Source: a virus
Lineage: Duplodnaviria; Caudoviricetes
Reading direction: 5' to 3' (one strand)
IMG/VR virus record: IMGVR_UViG_3300007734_000536
Location: 1-27,198 of that record
Length of the DNA: 27,198 bases
The notes beneath the pieces were generated by a model, which had not been told where the DNA came from, searched no databases, and saw only the letters and a list, made by a program, of their open reading frames with translations. Every line of letters begins with the position of its first letter. Position 1 is the stretch's first letter. Shown here piece after piece: positions 25,397-27,198 of the stretch. The position numbers and the translations under genes were made by a program.

Positions 25397-25762
25397 ATGA
25401 GCTTGAAGCGTCTTAACGATATTGCCATGAAACTCCGCCAGGAAAACCGAGCTCTTTCCCTTCGCCAGCTAGGCGCCGCTTACGGCCTTGGATACGTGCG
25501 TATTAAGCAAATGCAGGCACTGCCTGGATTCCCGCAGATCGCGGGAAAGGTAATTCCCTCTGATTTTGATCAATGGCGGCTGGCGCAGACTGGCCTAAAT
25601 TCACAGCATCGCGCAAGTCGTCCACACAGTGCCGTTGGTAAAGCTCGTGAACTAACGTCGAGGAGTGATTTACGAGTCTCATGGCGACAGATTGAGAACA
25701 GCCTGAAAGCCGCAGTCTCGTCACTCGGGTTACCCGAAGGGAGTGGAAGCAGTGACGTTTAA
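25397..25762 (+). CDS. Excisionase-like HTH protein with C-terminal extension antisense to int
   Basis: 'LSLRQLGAAYGLGYVRIKQM...PGFP...SDFDQW' AlpA/Xis-like pattern; adjacent to the integrase. Confidence 0.6.
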   Translation: MSLKRLNDIAMKLRQENRALSLRQLGAAYGLGYVRIKQMQALPGFPQIAGKVIPSDFDQWRLAQTGLNSQHRASRPHSAVGKARELTSRSDLRVSWRQIENSLKAAVSSLGLPEGSGSSDV

Positions 25763-26600
25763 GACCGCATATATCCAGCAGGCGACGCCAACAAAGCGAG
25801 GCTCGAGTGCGGGGAACGATACAGGTGACCTCGCGTCCCTCGGCCTTCATTCTGGCCAGCATCGGCTCAATAGCGGCCGGTATGGGAATGCTGAAGGATT
25901 TACCAGCTCCACCCTTGGGACAGGGAAAGGTGAGGATGCGATTCTTCAGATCCACGCAAGAAAGCGGGATCTGCGTCTCTCGGAGACGGCAACCTGTAGC
26001 CAAGGCAATTTCAAAGCTAACTCGCATCCATTCTGGTACACCTTCCACGGCCAAAGCCTTCCGGGTGATTTTAATCTCATTATCCGAAAAAACAGGTTTA
26101 ACACGGGCGATTGGCCCCCGCTTAATTCGGTAATCAAGAAGAGCCACAGAATCCATTTTTCCAAGCAGTCGGCCTTGCCTATGAATCCATTTAAGAATCT
26201 TCAAATCTTGGCACGCTTGATTGCGACCAGCCTTACCTCCGGACGTGCGGGGAAGACTTTGGCGCCATCGCAAATAAATTTCGCAATCGGAAGCAGAAAA
26301 CGCTTGCAGAGTTATTTTTTTCTCACTAATAAAACGAGCAAGATGACGCCAGCAATTTCTGTAATACACTTTTGTCAGAGGGGAAACGGGGTGATTTTCA
26401 ATCAAATCTTCAACCCACTCGTGGCCGCAATCTTTTCGCTTTTCGTTCACGCCAAGTCGAGCGGCCTCGGCCGTTGCTTTTGCGCGATGCAGAGTATTGT
26501 CGATTCGATAGCGGGTGCTTTTTGTACGCCACTTGCCGGACGGATCTTTAAAACGAATATAAAACCACGGATTGCCTTTTTTAACGTAAGAATAGGCCAT
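25503..26600 (-). CDS. int: Tyrosine integrase
   Basis: Catalytic R (ATGCRLRE), K (PKGG), HxxR (HSLR), H (NHSS), Y (ELYQR); N-terminal arm-binding-like beta domain; ATG 26600 preferred. Confidence 0.93.
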   Translation of the reverse strand: MAYSYVKKGNPWFYIRFKDPSGKWRTKSTRYRIDNTLHRAKATAEAARLGVNEKRKDCGHEWVEDLIENHPVSPLTKVYYRNCWRHLARFISEKKITLQAFSASDCEIYLRWRQSLPRTSGGKAGRNQACQDLKILKWIHRQGRLLGKMDSVALLDYRIKRGPIARVKPVFSDNEIKITRKALAVEGVPEWMRVSFEIALATGCRLRETQIPLSCVDLKNRILTFPCPKGGAGKSFSIPIPAAIEPMLARMKAEGREVTCIVPRTRASLCWRRLLDICGLKRHCFHSLRVTRVTRLRLSGCSQSVAMRLVNHSSTLVHELYQRHCVDDLRDAVNLGQSAPAAIDQNQRELPFPRSAGIQAVPAFA

Positions 26601-26630
26601 AGTTACAAGGGTAACATTTGGGCAGTTTAG
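25743..26630 (+). CDS. 295-codon ORF antisense to int (possible overprinted bridging ORF)
   Basis: Open across int codons 1-286 and links the end of xis to ORF 26651; no recognisable domain. Confidence 0.3.
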   Translation: MEAVTFKTAYIQQATPTKRGSSAGNDTGDLASLGLHSGQHRLNSGRYGNAEGFTSSTLGTGKGEDAILQIHARKRDLRLSETATCSQGNFKANSHPFWYTFHGQSLPGDFNLIIRKNRFNTGDWPPLNSVIKKSHRIHFSKQSALPMNPFKNLQILARLIATSLTSGRAGKTLAPSQINFAIGSRKRLQSYFFLTNKTSKMTPAISVIHFCQRGNGVIFNQIFNPLVAAIFSLFVHAKSSGLGRCFCAMQSIVDSIAGAFCTPLAGRIFKTNIKPRIAFFNVRIGHSYKGNIWAV

Positions 26631-26635
26631 CGCAA
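26608..26635 (-). promoter_or_regulatory. Leaderless promoter for int
   Basis: Minus strand TTGCGC-16 nt (ending TGt)-TACCCT-7 nt-ATG; extended -10. Confidence 0.5.
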
Positions 26636-26650
26636 TAATATCCAGCAACT

Positions 26651-26908
26651 ATGCAAAGCATAATCAATCAAAACAAAGAAGGAAATAGATCCGTGGGTTC
26701 AAATCCCACCCCGTCCGAAGCTTATCACTACAACGACTTACGCCGAAGTAGTAACACGGCGGTAATAACTGAGCCTAAAAAGCCACACTACCAACAAGTT
26801 AATTTAAATAAGCGCGGCGGGTACGATCTCGGCCCCGAAGCGTACGTTTACCATCCCAATCCCGCCGTGTGCCGTATGTGGCACGCCCAACACGAGGCCA
26901 GCAAATGA
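26651..26908 (+). CDS. Hypothetical early protein spanning attP
   Basis: 85-aa ORF, ATGA-coupled to 26905; contains the att core (reads SVGSNPTPS). Confidence 0.45.
   Translation: MQSIINQNKEGNRSVGSNPTPSEAYHYNDLRRSSNTAVITEPKKPHYQQVNLNKRGGYDLGPEAYVYHPNPAVCRMWHAQHEASK
26691..26717 (+). other. attP core: 3' end of a tRNA (Ser-like)
   Basis: CC-GTGGG-TTCAAAT-CCCAC-CCCGTCC-G = T-stem/loop, acceptor 3' strand and G discriminator; about 90 nt upstream of the int start; no 5' tRNA half. Confidence 0.85.
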
Positions 26909-27063
26909 TCTCGTGGGAAGTCATGCGGGATCTCGCCCAGGTGTCTATGCTGATTACCGGCTGGGCGCTGTTCGTAGGCTCTGGAATCGCCGGGCTAACC
27001 GTGGCCGTGATCGTCATGGGTTGGGTGATCGATCAGATCCGCAAAATCCTAAAGGATCTATGA
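26905..27063 (+). CDS. Small membrane protein, 52 aa
   Basis: Long hydrophobic segment (VSMLITGWALFVGSGIAGLTVAVIVMGWVI); ATGA overlaps at both ends. Confidence 0.6.
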   Translation: MISWEVMRDLAQVSMLITGWALFVGSGIAGLTVAVIVMGWVIDQIRKILKDL

Positions 27064-27198
27064 TACGCGACCTAGAACAAGAGGGCGTATTGCCTGCACC
27101 TGCCTCAAGTTACGGCTCAAGCGCTTTGTCGATGACGATGGCGTTGATCGATCTACAGGCAAAAAACAAGGAACTACGTAATCGCTTAGAGCGAATCG
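27060..27198 (+). CDS. Hypothetical protein, truncated by window end
   Basis: ATGA-coupled; MIRDLEQEGVLPAPASSYGSS...LRNRLERI remains open to the end. Confidence 0.55.
   Translation, partial: MIRDLEQEGVLPAPASSYGSSALSMTMALIDLQAKNKELRNRLERI

Larger units (their letters stand above)
1..27198. mobile_element. Temperate tailed bacteriophage (siphovirus-like), partial genome, non-integrated form
   Basis: Packaging-head-tail-lysis gene order, tyrosine integrase, attP with phage-like ORFs on both sides, no sheath gene recognised, no host housekeeping genes. Confidence 0.95.

Noticed and set aside
26640-26720. Complete tRNA gene
   Set aside because: Only the T-arm and acceptor 3' strand are present; no GGACGGG 5' strand, D-arm or anticodon arm upstream, so it is treated as the att core
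1-27198. CRISPR array, rRNA, IS element, intron/intein or alternative genetic code
   Set aside because: No spaced repeats or transposase seen; core genes are of normal length and uninterrupted; all three stop codons terminate genes normally

Overview
This window is about 27 kb of a temperate tailed phage (siphovirus-like, lambda-type packaging) of a Gram-negative host. It is in the non-integrated configuration, with an intact attP flanked by phage-like ORFs. Gene order: terS, terL (GpA), head-tail joining, portal, a membrane-protein moron, protease with nested scaffold, major capsid and head closure. A five-gene glycosyltransferase / ThDP-enzyme / radical SAM cassette follows. Then come the tail genes (with a -1 frameshifted tail assembly chaperone), tape measure, tail tip and fibres, a minimal CCA/poly(A)-polymerase-like nucleotidyltransferase and the lysis genes (holin-like, spanins, M15 endolysin). 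The right end holds an NTP-pyrophosphatase-like / metallophosphoesterase / HTH module, two divergent ribbon-helix-helix regulators, xis, int and a tRNA-Ser-like attP. The most unusual signals are four. (1) A probable virion-glycosylation cassette with miniaturised E1alpha/E1beta-like enzymes and a radical SAM enzyme. (2) Every + strand TTGACA I found lies 19-22 nt before an ATG, including two internal starts. (3) The lysis/lysogeny switch appears to be built from two RHH paralogues. (4) The integrase is entirely overprinted by antisense ORFs, and attP lies inside the next early ORF. All assignments come from manual motif reading; no database search was run.
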